Shown in pieces: positions 60,966-64,000 of a stretch of 64,000 bases of DNA; within the stretch, counting starts at the first letter, position 1; every line of letters begins with the position of its first letter. Source of the stretch: an uncultured Desulfospira sp. (lineage in GTDB: Bacteria > Desulfobacterota > Desulfobacteria > Desulfobacterales > Desulfobacteraceae); the NCBI GenBank assembly GCA_963663165.1, contig OY760175.1:3104001-3168000 (forward strand). The letters are read 5' to 3'. The translations under genes and the position numbers were made by a program. Under the pieces are notes generated by a model that worked only from the letters and a program-made list of their open reading frames with translations, was not told the origin of the DNA and searched no databases.

Positions 60966-61146
60966 TTATATGAAAGTCTCACTAACATCTTGAGAAGACT
61001 TTCATTATTTGTTGTGGGCGGTTCTTGGTTGGATAACCAAGGCGGCCCGTGGCCGTTATATGAAAGTCTCAGCAACAAGCTAAAAAAGCTTTCATTTTTC
61101 GTTGTGGGCCGATGCTTGATTGGATAACCAAAGGCGGGCCGTGACT
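60966..61146. repeat. Tandem duplication of a ~90-bp double-hairpin element
   Basis: Units begin TTATATGAAAGTCTCA at 60966 and 61056; each contains CTTTCAT, GTTGTGGG and TTGGATAACCAA. Confidence 0.8.
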
Positions 61147-61221
61147 ATGATAAGGATTGCTCTTTTAGAACCATTACAATCCGGAAAAATACGATAACTT
61201 AGGGTAGAAATAAGACCAATC

Positions 61222-61953
61222 ATGAGCTTAGCAATAATTCCTTCCAGATACGGATCAAAAAGATTCAAGGGGAAACCCCTTGCCCTGATAAAAAACAAAC
61301 CAATGATTCAATGGGTTTATGAACAGGCCAAAACAGCAAAAACGATTAATCAGGTAGTTGTGGCCACGGATGATGACAGGATATTTAAAACCGTTCAGGC
61401 CTTTGGCGGCCAGGCGGTTATGACATCGACAAATTTGAGATCAGGCACGGACCGGGTGGCCGAGGCCGCAAGCCTGCTGAAAGCTTCACCTGAACAGGTT
61501 ATCATCAATATCCAAGGAGATCAGCCCCTGTTTAATCCTGACTGCTTAGATCAAATGACGGCACCATTTAAAAATGATCCGGACCTGCAAATGTCCACCC
61601 TTGCTTTTCAAATAGTTGACAAAAGTGAAATAACCAATCCAGATGATGTAAAGGTGACATTTGACAAGAATGGCATGGCACTCTATTTTTCCCGATCCCG
61701 GATACCATTTCCCAGGGATAATGATCCTGATGCTGTTTTTTATAAACACTTGGGATTTTACGCCTATAAGAAAAAATTTCTTGATGCCGTATCGAACCTT
61801 GAAAATACATATCTTGAAAAGATTGAAAAATTAGAGCAGCTGAGAGTTTTGGAACACGGCTATAAAATAAAAGTTGTTATCACAGAGCATGATTCTCTCA
61901 GCGTTGACAAACCAGAGGACATAGAAAAGATTGAAAAAAAATATTTTGCATAG
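61222..61953 (+). CDS. kdsB: 3-deoxy-manno-octulosonate cytidylyltransferase
   Basis: IPSRYGSKRF.GKPL, SGTDR, NIQGD, YFSR, EKLEQLR. Confidence 0.96.
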   Translation: MSLAIIPSRYGSKRFKGKPLALIKNKPMIQWVYEQAKTAKTINQVVVATDDDRIFKTVQAFGGQAVMTSTNLRSGTDRVAEAASLLKASPEQVIINIQGDQPLFNPDCLDQMTAPFKNDPDLQMSTLAFQIVDKSEITNPDDVKVTFDKNGMALYFSRSRIPFPRDNDPDAVFYKHLGFYAYKKKFLDAVSNLENTYLEKIEKLEQLRVLEHGYKIKVVITEHDSLSVDKPEDIEKIEKKYFA

Positions 61954-62038
61954 ATTCTTACGCCATTTTCATGAAGCATGTATTTTCTAAAAACAAAAAC
62001 CAGACCGATCGAATAAACCCCCTGATCAAAAGCAACCT

Positions 62039-63301
62039 ATGATTTCCGTAACTGAAAAATTATTTTTTTCGATTTACAGCCTGATATGGAAAGCAGCCAT
62101 TCCATTCTTAAAATTCAACAAACGCCTTTTATCCGGATATGAACAAAGAATTTTAAAGATCCCCCCCCCAAAGGCTGAAATCTGGATACAGGCTGCGTCT
62201 GCCGGAGAAACCTACCTTGCCACAGAGCTTGTAAAAAATTTACAGACCACGCACCCGGTAAAAATACTTTTGACGACCAATACATCCCAGGGGATGGCAA
62301 TACTGGAGAAAGTAAAAACCAGGAGCCCTTCCGGCAAAAATATTTCCTGCGCCTATTTCCCCTTTGATGATCCGATTATAATGAAAAATGCTGTCCGCAG
62401 GATTAATCCTAAAGTAATGGTGCTTTTAGAAACAGAGATATGGCCGGGTCTTTTGTCCGCCCTGAAAAAGCATGGCTGCAAAACATTAATTATCAATGGC
62501 CGCTTAAAACAAAAAAATCTGAAAAAATATCGCATATGGCCTTCTTTGTGGAAAAGGCTTGCACCGGACAAAATCCTTGCCATATCCCCGAAGGATGAAA
62601 CCCGATATAAAAAGCTTTTTGGAAATAATATTGTTGGAAACATGAATAATATCAAGTTTGACAGGTTTAAGCCCATATACATAGAAAACAATGACAAACA
62701 TCTTTTTGGAAACCTTATCCCCGACAATTCAACGTTTATAGTCCTTGGCTCCATAAGACAGGAAGAAGAGATACTCATTGAAAAGATCATCAAGGATATT
62801 TCTGTAAAAAAGCCATGTGCTGTAATTGGTCTTTTCCCAAGGCATATGCACAGAATCGACACATGGAAACAACGATTGACCCAACTGTCTCTAAAATGGG
62901 TGTTAAAATCTAAAGCGACGGCCCCTGTTTCCCCCGGCACAATTCTCTTATGGGATACTTTCGGAGAACTGCAAAAGGCTTACTCAATCTCAGATGCTGT
63001 TTTTGTCGGGGGCAGTCTTGCCCCCCTCGGGGGGCAAAATTTTCTTGAGCCCTTGATATACGGGGTTGTCCCGGTTATTGGCCCTTCCTGGGAAAACTTT
63101 CTATGGATTGGTCAGGATATCATCAAAAAAGGGCTTCTGCGGACAGGATCTGACTGGAGAGAGGTCTCTGACCTGCTGATAAAAAATATGGCCAGTGAAA
63201 AAAGCCAAATAAAAACGGCTCAATCTGCATTGGATTATGTTACAACCCGGCAAGGAGGAACCCGAAAGGCATGCCGGCTGATTAACGATTTTCTAAAATA
63301 A
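62039..63301 (+). CDS. waaA: 3-deoxy-D-manno-octulosonic acid (Kdo) transferase
   Basis: WIQAASAGE, ETEIWP, NIKFD, PRH, FVGGSL..GGQNFLEP. Confidence 0.93.
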   Translation: MISVTEKLFFSIYSLIWKAAIPFLKFNKRLLSGYEQRILKIPPPKAEIWIQAASAGETYLATELVKNLQTTHPVKILLTTNTSQGMAILEKVKTRSPSGKNISCAYFPFDDPIIMKNAVRRINPKVMVLLETEIWPGLLSALKKHGCKTLIINGRLKQKNLKKYRIWPSLWKRLAPDKILAISPKDETRYKKLFGNNIVGNMNNIKFDRFKPIYIENNDKHLFGNLIPDNSTFIVLGSIRQEEEILIEKIIKDISVKKPCAVIGLFPRHMHRIDTWKQRLTQLSLKWVLKSKATAPVSPGTILLWDTFGELQKAYSISDAVFVGGSLAPLGGQNFLEPLIYGVVPVIGPSWENFLWIGQDIIKKGLLRTGSDWREVSDLLIKNMASEKSQIKTAQSALDYVTTRQGGTRKACRLINDFLK

Positions 63302-63317
63302 AATTCAAATAGTTAAA

Positions 63318-64000
63318 TCACGGCCTTGGGTTTCTTTCTGCCCGGGGCGATGATGCCTGCTTTGTTTTGATTTTTTCAAAAATAAAGGTTGTATATTGGG
63401 GGTGAGAAAAGGATTTTATTTCTTGATATCGTTTAAATTCAGGACCATTTTTGACTCTTTTATTGTTCACCCTTAAAACAATGAACTCAGCCTTTCTCTT
63501 AACGGCAAAAGATTCGATTTTTTTTGGTTCCGGTTTTCGACTGAGATAAAAAACCTTATAACCTTTTTTCCCTTTATCTTCATAATCCATATAAAAGGAA
63601 AACTTGGAATCGGTTGTTACAATTCTTGTATTTTTTTTGATTTCGGTGTTCACCATCCACTTCGCTGCAAGGGGGATGGTTTTGTCTTTATCTACGATCA
63701 AATTCAATGATTTTACGGCCGGTGCAAGAACCAAAACCGACAGAGAAACCGCAACTATTTTTGTATATTTTCTGTTGTCCTTTTTTAAACAAAGCTGATT
63801 CATTCCAAGCCCCACCCAGGGAAGCAGCAAAAAAGCCGGGATCATCAAATACCTTGTAACAATAAAATCCCGGTATAGGACAAAGCTAAATACGAGCAAC
63901 ATAAAAAGAAAACAAAGACTGAGTAGATACATGCCCCAGGGTTTTATTTTCTTTTTTAACCCCATAAAAAGGGGGATAATTGACAGGGGGAAAAGCACTT
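63318..64000 (-). CDS. Membrane protein C-terminal part, possibly an ArnT/PMT-like glycosyltransferase (starts beyond window)
   Basis: TM helices with RYLMIP motif, then a soluble basic tail; low-GC LPS region. Confidence 0.55.
   Translation of the reverse strand, partial: VLFPLSIIPLFMGLKKKIKPWGMYLLSLCFLFMLLVFSFVLYRDFIVTRYLMIPAFLLLPWVGLGMNQLCLKKDNRKYTKIVAVSLSVLVLAPAVKSLNLIVDKDKTIPLAAKWMVNTEIKKNTRIVTTDSKFSFYMDYEDKGKKGYKVFYLSRKPEPKKIESFAVKRKAEFIVLRVNNKRVKNGPEFKRYQEIKSFSHPQYTTFIFEKIKTKQASSPRAERNPRP

Noticed and set aside
60966..61146. Mini CRISPR array
   Set aside because: Only two units, similar along their whole length, with no unique spacers and no cas genes.

Overview
64 kb chromosomal window, most likely from a sulfate-reducing Desulfobacteraceae-like deltaproteobacterium (inferred from gene content). 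Housekeeping genes: trxA-trxB-bamD, rpmB, PIN-PhoH, rel/spoT, proS, ispG, pyrD-pyrK-pyrE, kdsB-waaA. Metabolic and transport blocks: a cobamide salvage/remodelling cluster (radical SAM-cobS-cobD-cbiB-cbiR, with cobU elsewhere), a LacI-controlled Ugp-like ABC transporter with a divergent MBL-fold hydrolase, potABCD, and a sigma54-activator/VIT-vWA/rhombosortase/MFS-acyltransferase locus. The ORF track breaks the hydrogenase operon (protease-hdrA-mvhD-mvhG-mvhA) at three in-frame TGA codons. Each sits at a conserved Cys position and is followed by a SECIS-like hairpin, so the operon appears to encode three selenoproteins, including a group-3c-type [NiFeSe] large subunit. Accessory DNA includes two toxin-antitoxin cassettes, each bracketed by direct repeats of a gene 3' end; one also carries a group II intron DV/DVI remnant. 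Also present: a stand-alone protein resembling the C-terminal half of BREX BrxC, an uncalled 47-aa His/Cys-rich ORF, an attenuator-like leader upstream of a TonB receptor, homopolymer frameshifts, and several families of palindromic or heptamer intergenic repeats. No rRNA, tRNA, CRISPR array, integrase or reverse transcriptase was seen. All calls are by eye; no database searches were run.
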